Origin: Mobula hypostoma
Taxonomy: Eukaryota
Direction of reading: 5' to 3'
Assembly (NCBI RefSeq): GCF_963921235.1
Contig: NC_086108.1
Coordinates: 26,412,001-26,476,000 of the forward strand
Length of the DNA: 64,000 bases
The notes beneath the pieces were generated by a model. The model saw only the letters and a list, made by a program, of their open reading frames with translations. It was not told where the DNA came from and searched no databases. This document shows positions 53,362-64,000 of the stretch, one piece after another. Positions within the stretch are counted from its first letter, which is position 1, and the number at the start of each line of letters is the position of its first letter. The translations under genes were made by a program, and so were the position numbers.

Positions 53362-53602
53362 GACTCAAAATGCTGGAGCATCTCAGCAGGTCAGAGTCAT
53401 CCATGGACAGAAATAAATAGTCAACACTGAAATATCTACTGTTTATTCCTCTCCACAGGTACTACCTGACCTGCTGAGTTCCTCCAGAATTTTATGTGTG
53501 TCACTTAGATGTTCATTTCTCTCCATAAATGCTGCCTGATCTGAGTTCCTCTTTTATATTGTGTGTGTTGCTCAAGACTTCCAGCATCTGCAGAATCTCT
53601 TG
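53362..53602. mobile_element. Penelope-like termini: short inverted pair plus a tandem third copy
   Basis: CAAAATGCTGGAG..CTCAGCAGGTCAG, then CTGACCTGCTGAGTTCCTCCAG, then CTGAGTTCCTC...CCAGCATCTGCAGAATCTCTTG. Confidence 0.72.
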
Positions 53603-54705
53603 CGCCTGTGAACATATAAGTGAAGCTGAGTGATATTTAAAAAATGTACTTAATTGATATTAATCAGATTGCACGAATTGAATTTCAAGTTCAGTTTATT
53701 GTCATTCAGCAGTATACAAGTGAAACAACCGTCCTCCAGACCGAGGTACACAGAACTCACACAAATAACACACAATGTAATATTACTACTATTAATTTGA
53801 CAAATAATAAAGCACATTTTCAACACAAGTTTAAAAGTAAACAATGTAATGCTACTGGCACTTCATGCGTGATGAGACAAGCATGGGGTTGGTGGCAGGG
53901 ATTTAAGTAGACTTATGACCTACTTAAATTTATTTTTAACTTTGAAGATAGTTTAAAAATTCAAACAAATTTATATTGGGTGTTTCTCAAAGCTGATTTT
54001 TCTCTGCCAGAAAGAAATAAAATCTGCAAAACAGCTAACTGGATTAAGCATCAGGAATGACCAATTTCAGAAATTCTGTTGTCACACCAAGATTCACAGA
54101 AATTTCTTATTTTTCTACAGCCACTCAAGATTACTGAGAAGGAAATCAATGTCCAATATGCATTCATGGACAGAATCATTGTGGGCTATTTTACTCGGTG
54201 TGCTTGATTTAGTCAGATCCGTAATTGTACATGTTATGCCTAATGGTGGAGCCATCTATTCCAGAATGGGGGCATTACTTATGGATTTCCTTTTGGGTAA
54301 TATTTTCAATTTGATGTGCTGCTCTATAATCTCTAACACACTTTCATTATTTTCACACATTTAAACTAATTATTTTGGATGACAGCGATTGGCTGATACT
54401 TCTTTGTACAAAGTGTCAACGTACTCTAACTGGGAGAGATAATTGTGGTTTTGGAGAATATAATCCTGTGGGAAATGAGTAATATTCTCACGGACAGCTA
54501 TTTTACAAGATAGGCTTAATGTGTTTGTGTAGCTGAGGAATTTAATAAATAACCATGCGTGAGGTGTGAAAATGAGCTGGATTGAAAAGAAGGAAAGGTA
54601 TGACATTGTAATAGTGTGCAGCATAAGTTAGAAGACTGGAGAAAAGTGTGTCTCTGTGAAAAGTCGAGGGATTTAGATTTGGAGGAGCAAGCTAGGCATC
54701 TGGGC

Positions 54706-54893
54706 CCACCCACCTGGCTTCACCTATCACCTTCTTGCTTGTACTCCTTCCCTTCCCCCCATCTTCTTCTGCTGGCTTCTTCCCCTTCCTTTCCAGTCCT
54801 GATGAACAGTCTCAGCCCAAAATGTCAACTGTTTATTCCTTTCCACAGATCTGCTTGACCTGGTGAGTTCCTCCGGCATTTTGTATGTGTTAC
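54706..54893 (+). mobile_element. Penelope-like terminal fragment
   Basis: Matches the terminal segment at 36010-36190. Confidence 0.75.
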
Positions 54894-55643
54894 TCTCAGA
54901 ATAAGGTGGAACGTTTTTGTGAACTGGACACAAGAGCTGGGCGAGACTTTTAATTAAACATTTAAGTAAGGCATTGCTTGATTAACTGCTGAAGATCCAG
55001 TTGTCTTTTCCACCTTTTTAGCTTTCCTTTTAAAACTGAAATTTAAACATGCATTGACAGTGCAATATTAAAAGGTTTAAAATGGGGATGAGTGAATCAC
55101 TGTTTGTAGAATTCAGATGTTCCAAGCAAACATGCAGGTTAGGGGATTAGCAATTTATATCGTTTTTAAGGATATGACAAAATTTATGGCTCAGGTTATT
55201 CACAATATGTGTTTCCTTTTATATATATATATTATACAACATTTGATAAAAGCATCTGAGTTTTTGGCTAAGTGGATAAATGCATAGGAGATTAATGACT
55301 GTGTGACATCCAGCATAAAGATGTTTTCCCAATGAAGAATGGAAGATATGATAAATGACAAAACCCTGTCGGAAACAGTGACTAATGCGATCTATAGTGG
55401 CTGGATTCAGTCCCTTGGTATCCTCATTGTTCATTAAAAGTATGGTGATACTCCCAGATTTACTGAATATGTCGAATTATAAAGGCAAGTAGAAGATGGA
55501 CTAAATTAAATATAACAATTAAAATAGGAAGGAGACAAGAAAGGCATGAAACCATCTGGCAAATTTAAAAGCTAAATAAATTATATGTACTCATATGGCT
55601 TCTGTGTACTCTAGTATTATACAGGCAGGTAATTTATCCTGTT

Positions 55644-55919
55644 GGTGCATGGCCAAGTGGTTAAGGTGTCAGTCTAGTGATCTGAAGGTCGCTAGTTCGA
55701 GCCTCAGCTGAGGCAGCGTGTTGTATCCTTGAGCAAGGCACTTAACCACACATTGCTCTGCGACGACATGAGTGTATCAGCCTTAGTGCCCTTCCCTTGG
55801 ACAATATCAGTGGCGTGGACAGGGGAGACTTGCAGCATGGGCAACTGCCGGTCTTCCATACAACTATGCCCAGGCCTGCGCCCAGGAAACCGTCACGAGA
55901 CTAACGGATGCCTATTATT
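55644..55919 (+). mobile_element. tRNA-derived SINE, same family as 41264-41573
   Basis: A box TGGCCAAGTGG, B box GTTCGAGCC; flanked by AATTTA(T/C)CCT, a likely TSD. Confidence 0.88.
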
Positions 55920-56516
55920 AATTTACCCTTACAGATTTCACAAATCTCTACAAAAAATGTGAGCCACAGAATAAAAATTCACTTTTGCAGAATTTACATG
56001 AGTAAAAAGACAAAAAGCAAAAGAATCAATAAATTTCGTCAAGAGTTTGCATTAGGGAAAATCACCCTATTTTCTTGGGATGTAACTTCTTCATAATGTG
56101 GGAGTGTGCTGTGTTTTTCACCTCAAAACATTTGAATGTGCATTAAAGCCACTGAGGTGCTAACTCAATTAACGTTAGAAAATCTTGAGAGGACTCGGTG
56201 TAGGAAAAATATCCTCTATTGTAGGCAAGTCCAGAAAAAGGCATTACAGCTCAAAGATAAAAGATAGACTATTCAATGTCAAGAAGAGGATATATTTCTT
56301 CAACCAAAGAGGGGAAATCAGATGAATTCCTTAACACAGGAAACAGATGAGACCAAAATATTAAATACCTTCAAGGAAGAGTTAGTGTTCTAATGGTCAA
56401 CAAGGTCAGGAGAAAGGAGGAGAAAGCAGGGTAACACACTTGAAATGCCTGAGGAATTCAGAAAACACTCTGACTGTTTACTTTGATACACCTCAGTAAA
56501 CAATCACCGTTTCCGG

Positions 56517-56942
56517 CCATGACTGGAAAAGATTAGAAGTCAAGTGAAGAACGCTGGGGAGAAGAGGAAGAAGTACAAGGTTGTAGATGATAGATGGAAC
56601 TGGGAGAGGAGGACGGGTAAAGTAAAGAGCTGGGAAGTCGATTCATGAAAGAGATAAAGGCTGGAGAAGCGGGAATCTGATAGGAGAGGACAGAAGGGCA
56701 TGGAAGAAAGGGAAGAAGGAGAAGCATTAGAGGGAGGTGATGGACAGATAAGGAGATAAGGTGAGAGAGGGAAATGGGAATAGGGAATAGTGAAGGGCGA
56801 GGTGACAATTACTGGAAGTTCGAAAACTCGATGTTCATGCCATTAGGTTGGAGTCTACCCAAATGGATACTGTATAGGATGTCGCTCCTCCAACCTGAGT
56901 GTGGCCTCATCGCAGCAGTAGAGGATGCCATTGATTGACATG
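56517..56942 (-). mobile_element. Penelope-like 3' end
   Basis: CTCCAACCTGAGTGTGGCCTCATC is antisense to EATLRLE; same terminal segment as other copies. Confidence 0.82.
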
Positions 56943-57844
56943 TCATCATGTCAAGCAGGAACAGGGTACTGATTAGAATGCTCAAAGGGGTGAATATTCT
57001 ACTCCTGCTCTTCCTCTCTGTGTTTGGCAGTCAGCTTACACACAAAAGGCAGCAAACAGTGAAGTAGCAACTGGATATTCAGAGATAAATGATGTCAGTT
57101 GTCCTTTGGAACAGTGACAAAAGACCTTTAACAACCCCTTCGATATACCTCAGTTGATAAACATCACTTATAATGCTGTGACACACCACCATACAGAAGC
57201 ATCAGTTGTTTGGTATTAAAGTCCTCAGAGCTACCTTGAACCCACAACCCATTGAGCCACAAATGAATGACAATTGAAGAAAGTTTAAGAAAGGGAAAAA
57301 AACAAATTGTATAGGCTGGGAATTTGAAACAAAAGCAGAAACCCTCAGCAGATTAGACATCATTTGTGGAGACAGAAACAGTATCAACATTTCTTAGTGA
57401 CCTTTGCCCACAAAAATTCTGTTTTTTTTTAAAGAATTATGATTGATTTTTACATTGCTTGTATCTGGTAAAGAAAAAGTGAATGATATACCAATAATAT
57501 TCAGCAATTGTAGGTAAAGCCCGATTTATACAGTGAAAAAGCCTGATAATAAATCAACCCTTGTTTTTTATATGACATACAGAATCTTCATTGGCACCCC
57601 TCATAGCAGTTACGTTAAAAAGCAAGTAAGTAATTCTTGTGTAAGTCTACAGTAAAATGGATCTTTGGTTTAACCTGTCACTACTATAAACACTGTAGGT
57701 ACATCCTCATTCAATTAGCAAAGAATTGATTTTATTGCCATTCATTTTCTTCATAAACAACTGAAAATGACTGGAATTTGCTAAGAAGGTAACACAAGTA
57801 AGTATTTTTAAAATGGTATGATGTTGCCCAGACCGGAGGACTTT

Positions 57845-59095
57845 AATTATGGGGAGGGATTGCATAGACTGGACTTGAGTAAGGAGATTGAGAGGTGGCC
57901 GGAGAGTGGTAAATAAACTTATCAGAGGATGGATAGAGAGAAATATTTTTTCCCTGGGCAGCTGTGTCAAAAGCTAAAGGGCATATGTTTATAAAAGGGA
58001 AGATTTGATGGAAGTTTTTTTTTATGCAAAAAGTGGTTGAAATCAGGAACACATTCCAGAGGAGTGATGGAACCAGACAACATCACCACATTCCAGAAAC
58101 ATTTAGACTGGCACTTCAAAAAGCAAGGCCAAGAGGAATGCAAACCCAATGCGGGGAAATGGGGTTAGTGCAGAGGGCAATATGATCAGCAAGGGCCAAT
58201 GCTGCCCTTCCATGGGCCAAAGGGTTCAGTTCTTTTCTGCCTGTACCAACACCCCTAGCAGTGTATTCCAGGCACCCGCAACTGTCTGTGTTAAAAATAA
58301 CCTGTCTCAAATGTCTCCTTTGATCTTATCCTCTCTCACCTTAATTGCATGCCTTCTGGCATTAGAAAAGTCAACCCTGGAAAAAATGTTGGCTGTCAAG
58401 TTTGTATTTCATAATTTAATAATATTCTATTAGGTCACCCTTCAGTGTCTACCGCTCAACCAGGCTAAAGGCTTAAGCAGATTTTAGGCCTAATCCTGAT
58501 CCTACTTCATATGATGTTATGTAAATTTGTTTGATTAGTGAGAAGGAAGCAACTCTAATTTGTCTAACTTTTCTTATAGCACATATCCTCTAATCCAGGC
58601 TGCATCCTAATAACTGTCTTCTGCACCCTCTTCAAAGCCTCCACATGCAGAATTAAACGCAATATAAATATGGCCTAAGCAGAGTTTTATAAAGAGCAAT
58701 ATAACTTTCTGACTCTTGAACTCAGTGCCTTGATTCATCTTGCTGTAATAACAGGCATTCTTTACCGCACTATAGTCTTGTGAGACCATGTTCTGGAATC
58801 TATGATTTTGGAAGATAAATTAAAGAAATTAGCAGAAAAGGCTTGAAATGTGAGGAAGATTCATGATGGACCAGAAAATGAGAAAAAAGTATTTAAAATG
58901 TGGAGGTTGAAACATTGAATATGTTCATGGGCGAGACAGAAAGATTTTTGGTCTATTGTAGAGTTAAAAATTATAAGAAAAAGGCATGAGAGTGGAGCTG
59001 AGACCAAGATCTGATTTGCCATTATCTTGTGAAATTATAGAGCAGGCTTAAGCAAATCTTCAACCTAATCCTACTCCTGCTTCATATGATGTTAT
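57845..59095. mobile_element. Cluster of decayed CR1 3' fragments in both orientations
   Basis: Plus-strand TRGH/FFTQRVV-like remnant at ~57970-58040, a minus fragment at ~58250-58800, and a plus tail at ~58880-59095. Confidence 0.6.
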
Positions 59096-59289
59096 GTAAA
59101 TCTGTATGATGAGTAAGAATGAAGCATTTTCTATGCCAACTTGGCCATTTGTGTTTTATTTTTTCAGTTTGTATAGGTTTCTAATCTTTGCAGCAATGTC
59201 ACATTCAACATCAAATTACCGAAATTAATTTATCTCTTTTATTCCTTATGTGCCCAATCATAATTAGCTTACATTTTGGATCTTTATAT

Positions 59290-59441
59290 TCACTCAATGG
59301 GCATTTTATCGTTTTATTAGGTACAACTTTACACCTGCTCATTACTGCAAATATCTAAACTGCCAATCATCTGGCAGCAACACAATGCATAAAAGCTTAC
59401 AGACACGATGAAGAGGTCCAGTTGTTGTTCAGACCAAACAG
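59290..59441 (+). mobile_element. End fragment of a second Tc1-like family
   Basis: CACTCA.TGG.CA...TTTATTAGGTACA...ACACCTGCTC...TGCAAATATCTAA resembles a Tc1 TIR and subterminal region. Confidence 0.6.
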
Positions 59442-59643
59442 AAGTCATTGTAGACTGAAGGGCCTTTTGCTGTGCTGTATTGTTCTGTGCTCCCTGTTGT
59501 ATTTAACACTGCAAAATTTTGTGTAACATACCTACATTATAGAAGAGCCCAAGCTTTAATACTGAGTGAGTAATTAAAAATCCATTGGAAGAAATAAGAA
59601 TCAAAATGATATATAAGGTCAAACAATAATAATTAAATTAGTT

Positions 59644-60165
59644 TAGATTAGATTAGATTCAACTTTATTGTCATTGCGCCGAGTACAGATACAAAGCCAA
59701 TGAAATGCATTTAGCATCTGACCAGAAATGCAAAGAATAGTGTTATTTACAAAATAACTGCAAATAAAAAAGTGCTACAGCACACAAATATAAAAGTACT
59801 GAGACAGTACAATACGGATGCAATACTGCTTAGCGCTGTAATGAGAGGTTCAGCGGTGTCACAGCCTCAGGGAAGAAGCTCTTCCTGTGCCTGCTGGTGC
59901 GGGAGCGGAGGCTCCTATCGTGCCTACCGGATGGGAGGAGAGTAAAAAGTCCATGGTTAGGGTGAGATGCATCCTTGATAATGCTTTTCGCCCTGCCCAG
60001 GCAGCATTTATGGTAGATGTTCTCAATGGTGGGCAATTGGGTGCCGATAATCCGCTAGGCAGTTTTCACCACACGCTGGAGTGCTTTGCGGTCCGATACG
60101 GGACAATTGCCATACCACACTGAGATGCAATTGGTGAGTATGCTTTCAATGGTACAGCGGTAAAA
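59644..60165 (-). mobile_element. Rex1/Babar 3' end, same young family as 43143-44532
   Basis: Closely matching reverse complement of ~44010-44532, including the (AATCT)n tail. Confidence 0.92.
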
Positions 60166-60224
60166 GCGGTAAATAAATTGATGAATACTAAAATCAACAG
60201 AGAACCAAAAACCAAAATATGGCA

Positions 60225-60577
60225 TATTATGGACATCTTTAAAAGCTATGCACAAGAAGGCGACATCCATCATGAACGATCCTTACCATCCAGGACAAGC
60301 CCTCTTCTCATTACTACCACCAAGGAAGAAGTACTGGAGCCTGGAGGCACACATTCAGTCTTAGAAAAAAGATCAGATCTCCGACATCAGATTTCTGATT
60401 GGTCCATGAACCCATGAGCACTGCCTCACAATTCTGCTTTCTTTTTGCACGACTTATTTTAAAAATATATTCTTATTGTAATTTACCATAATTATACATA
60501 TCACACTCTACTGCTGCCACAAAACACATTTCATGATATACGTCAGTGAAAGTAAACCTGATTCTGATTCTGATTCT
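60225..60577 (+). mobile_element. Older Rex1/Babar 3' end
   Basis: AAACCTGATTCTGATTCTGATTCT tail and matching 3' UTR. Confidence 0.8.
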
Positions 60578-61518
60578 ATTTTATTGGTGCACAGGGAAGG
60601 AAGAAAACTTTTTGGGACATTATTTCAGAGCAAGTGGAAATAGCAATACAGGAATTGGTTTGAAGTTCATTACTGGCAGATTACCCTCAGCCTAGCCAAG
60701 CCTGACTCGTGCCCCCTGTGCAATCTTGGCAGCTGCACTAACCTTCTGCAGCCCTTTTAGTCTAATTGAGCTCGAGGTCTTGTACTGCAGCCATCCCTCA
60801 AAGCAGAGAGAGATCCAGTAGTAGTAACTCAGCCTCAGGTTGTTTGCTCATGATTGAGTCTAAAAGTTAACCCTGTTTCCTCCGTGCACAGATACTCCCT
60901 GACCGCCAACATTTTCTGTTTTTCTTTCAGATTTCCAGCATCTGCATTTTTTTTTTTGGTTTTCTGGCATTCTTAGCTAGCAGTGGTACTGCATTTATGA
61001 GGAGACAGGATGAGCAGGTGAGAAAGCTGGGAAAAAAGATTTACAACAATATATTTGGCTGAGGAAAGATAGGAGGAGGCTCAAATGGAGCATAAGTGCC
61101 AGAATCGAGTACTTGTTCTGTAATCTGGGTACTGTGTTGGCTCTTACACTAAATCCCAGGTAAATACCTCTTGCTGCACCTGTGCTATTCATGTCATTTC
61201 CTAAAGTAACCTTATGGATCACTGGTTAATGTTTGTCAGTTGCCGTGTGCGTACTGCATATAATCTGCCTCTGAATGCTCAAAGTTGATCTCGTTGCCAT
61301 ATGCACAGGTGTGAGGAAAAGCTTGCTGCAGCATCACAGGGGCATAACATTAGAGATACAAGATCCACAAGATAAACATAAATTAGGCATAAATGGTACA
61401 AGAAAGAACACAATTAAAGCAAAATAAAGTTTATTTTAGTGCAAAATGATCTAAGTATTGCTATACTGGGGTGGTGATTAGGGTTGTGCAGGTTGGTTCA
61501 AGAACAGAATAGTTAAAG

Positions 61519-61655
61519 GCAATTACAAAAGTCTCAGGTGCACATGGATATAGCTCAGGTGCCGAACATTTTTTGCACAATTCTCTGTTTGTCAATGTGG
61601 AGTGGAGAGTGAATTTGTAAATCTGGCAGGTGCCTGAGTCTTTTGCACAGTGCAG
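61519..61655. mobile_element. Deleted copy of the Tc1 composite element at 25780
   Basis: Mini-MITE followed by TCAATGTGGAGTGGAGAGTGAATTTGTAAA (matches 25851-25880), then a right TIR. Confidence 0.7.
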
Positions 61656-61951
61656 TTGCTGGTTTTGAACCTGTGTAGTCTGTGAATATGTGTATGTGCA
61701 GATGCTGCAGAACTACTAATAGTAAATGATGCAATGTGCTTCCTTACAGACCTGCATAGCTTAGATAATAATGTGTATATGCCTTTAGGGAAATATGTCT
61801 CTTTTATTTACTGAATGGCAAGGACATTATGCATTACCCATTGTTAATTCCACCCTGGGAAGGCAGTGGTAGTTAGCTGTCTGAAATAACCGTACTTCTT
61901 CAGGTGATAATAGTTACAGACACAGTTTACTGCAAAAATTCAGCTCAGAGG

Positions 61952-62579
61952 CAGACATCCCACCTCTCCCGAAACTTCCGGGAGTCTCCCGCATATTAAT
62001 AGTGGCTCCCTGATGCCCGCAAATTATATACAATATCACGGAAATCAATTTTTTTGAGAGCGAGCGAGAGAAAAGCAAGAGAGAGCGCACGCGCGAGAGG
62101 GCGCGAGCGAGAGAGAGCGAGCAAGAAAGCGAGAGCGAAAGCAAGCGAAAGAGGGATAGAGGGCGAGCGAGAGAGCGTGCAAGCGAGAGCGCTTGAGAGC
62201 GCACAAGCGACCACGAGAGAGCGAGAGAGAGCGCGAGTGAGAGCGCGCCATTGCAGTGTGTTCCAAAAAAAACGTACGTCACCCCAGACTGCACTGAAGT
62301 GTACCCCTGCCTAATAGGGGTCAAAAATAATGACAGTGTTGCTCGCTGCACTGTTTGCAACAGTGACTTTTCTATTGCCCATGGTGGGTTAAGACTGTAA
62401 AAGACATGGTGAGGTAAGTTTAACAGGTGTCATTTGTTCATTAGCATAGCTAACATTATTTAAACTAGCTGGCTAGCTGCTAAGGAGCTACTCTATTGCA
62501 GACATCCCATCTCTCCCGGAAGTCTCCCACAAATTGATGCTACCTCTCTGAAATGAGTTTTTGCAGGATGGGATGTCCG
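61952..62579 (+). mobile_element. Non-autonomous hAT-like element with a BED-type zinc-finger remnant and (GA/GC)n tract
   Basis: TIRs CAGACATCCCA...TGGGATGTCCG; CAGAGG duplicated at the flanks. 62299-62413 reads VYPCLIGVKNNDSVARCTVCNSDFSIAHGG(frameshift)DCKRH, followed by GTAAG. Confidence 0.85.
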
Positions 62580-63102
62580 CAGAGGTAATAAAAAATGGTA
62601 CATCCTCCTCATTACCGGGCTGCCCTAGTGATAGAAGTCACACTTTTGGAAGATATTATGTACTCATGCTGCTCTGTGAATAATATTGCACTGTGACTCC
62701 AACCTGAGTCTTATATAGTGCAAAGGCAGTGGGGAGTCAGGAGGAGAATTGCTACAAAACGCCTGTATTTTTGTGTGATTGTATTTATAGGTGGCTATAT
62801 ATATAAATTTCTGAGGGGCTTTAATGAGTAGTAAATGTTTCATGGATTCATTTCAGTAGCAGAAGAGATGAGTACAGGCAGGAGAAGCAGTAATGGTGCC
62901 CAGCCCCTGGTAGTGAACTTTTGTATTTTCTATGGTGTCTTTGCAATATCCACAGTAACAAATGTGTCTGCTGTAGTAATGCTGCTGTGTCTTTAACAGT
63001 GAATGCTTGCACCTTCTGTAAACCTGTTCAGCGAGTGCATGCAGAGACCACAACAAGTAACTCAAGAAGTCCTGTCAGACAGGGTACATTGATGACTTAA
63101 AG

Positions 63103-63545
63103 ATTCAAGATTGCTTAATTGCATTTCCAGTACACAAGTGTACAGGAGAACGAAGGAATTGGTATCTGATGCAGCTCAAAACAAAACCACAACAGGATAA
63201 AGAACACAAAAGTTTTAAAAAAACACAATAAATATGAATTCTTTAGATAGCTTATATACATAGATTGACCGTGTGTCCATAAAGTGGATGCTAGGCACAT
63301 GTGGGTCTATCCATAATGAGACTCTGACAGGAATGGTGGTTGGGAGTGTGGAAGGGCGGGATTGTAGGTGGAGGTGTTGATCAGCTTTACTGCTTGGGGA
63401 ATGGAACCGTTTTTTTGCGTCTTGTAGTCTTGCCATGGATGCTACGTAGCCTCCTGCCTGATGAGAGTGGAACAAACAGTCCATGAGCAGGGTGGATGGG
63501 ATCCTACATGATGCTACTGGCCTTTCTCTGGCACCTTTCTGAATA
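63103..63545 (-). mobile_element. Rex1/Babar 3' end
   Basis: GATTCAAGATT...CATTTCCAGTACACAAG tail; antisense SIM.DPIHPAHGLFVPL..GRRLRSI remnant. Confidence 0.75.
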
Positions 63546-64000
63546 TATGTGTATAACCGTGGAATTTGTAGAAAAATCCAGAAAACAGAATTGGCTAGAT
63601 TGATAATATCAAAGGTGCTGGGCCAAGAACGCATCCTCAATCTGCGCTACACTTTCACAACCTCAGACATGCAGGCAGACTGTGGACGGGTTCAGCAATC
63701 ACGCTCCTGAATATGTATGCTCCAACCAATTAATGTTTCGTTGTGGTGGTATGCAACTCCCTTCCTCTTGTTCCAGTCTTGTCAAGACTTTACCAAGAGC
63801 AGAATAACAGCAATGCTCCCTGTTTACCATTGTCCTGGTTCTGGGAAAGAAGAATACGATTTAGACATGTTGTTTAGTATTAAGCTACTACTGCTGAGCC
63901 ACGGTATCAGCGTTAGATTTAGTGTGAAAGTTCTAGTTAATGGCTCTGTTGGCCTGGCGTTTATTGTTTTTCCTTAGTTCTGCACAGTTCCTATTAAAGT

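Larger units (their letters stand above)
588..64000 (+). other. Large intron of the BRINP gene (next exon apparently beyond the window)
   Basis: GT donor at 588. No recognisable next-exon peptide (WKVNNLA, KKYGTHF) in the ORF track or by eye. The interval is dominated by repeats. Confidence 0.75.

Noticed and set aside
55644..55715. tRNA gene (also at 41264)
   Set aside because: The A/B boxes run straight into a SINE body shared by two copies, and there is no convincing cloverleaf.
61914..62360. Ser/Leu/Arg/Ala-rich ORFs
   Set aside because: Translations of a (GA/GC)n microsatellite inside a hAT element.

Overview
Vertebrate genomic DNA. The repeat content (HE1/V-SINE-like SINEs, elasmobranch-type CR1, Rex1/Babar and Penelope families) points to a cartilaginous fish, probably a ray (inference). 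The only host-gene sequence I can support is the first coding exon of a BRINP-family gene (most like BRINP3), at 305-587 on the + strand with its ATG at 355, inside a CpG-rich zone. I could not find the next BRINP exon (expected peptide about EFGRWKVNNLAVERR...KKYGTHFLLSATLG) by eye, so the remaining ~63.4 kb appears to be one large intron. That intron is packed with decayed and often nested transposable elements: a fragmented CR1 LINE, several Rex1/Babar LINEs, Tx1 and RTE LINE remnants, Penelope-like fragments, two solo LTRs, tRNA-derived SINEs, and piggyBac, Tc1 and hAT DNA elements. I see no CRISPR array, RNA gene or intact transposase/RT gene, and I cannot honestly claim a wholly new system. 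The best leads are: a ~0.9 kb Penelope fold-back flanked by a 16-bp direct repeat; a composite Tc1 element built from two 65-bp mini-MITEs that captured a LINE tail; a piggyBac MITE with three GGGTCA-N4-TGACCC palindromes near the exon; a four-level nested insertion; hAT elements with 6-7 bp TSDs; uORFs overlapping the BRINP start codon; and the mixed BRINP1/BRINP3 character of the exon. Family names come from motif recognition, not database searches. Boundaries of decayed repeats are approximate.
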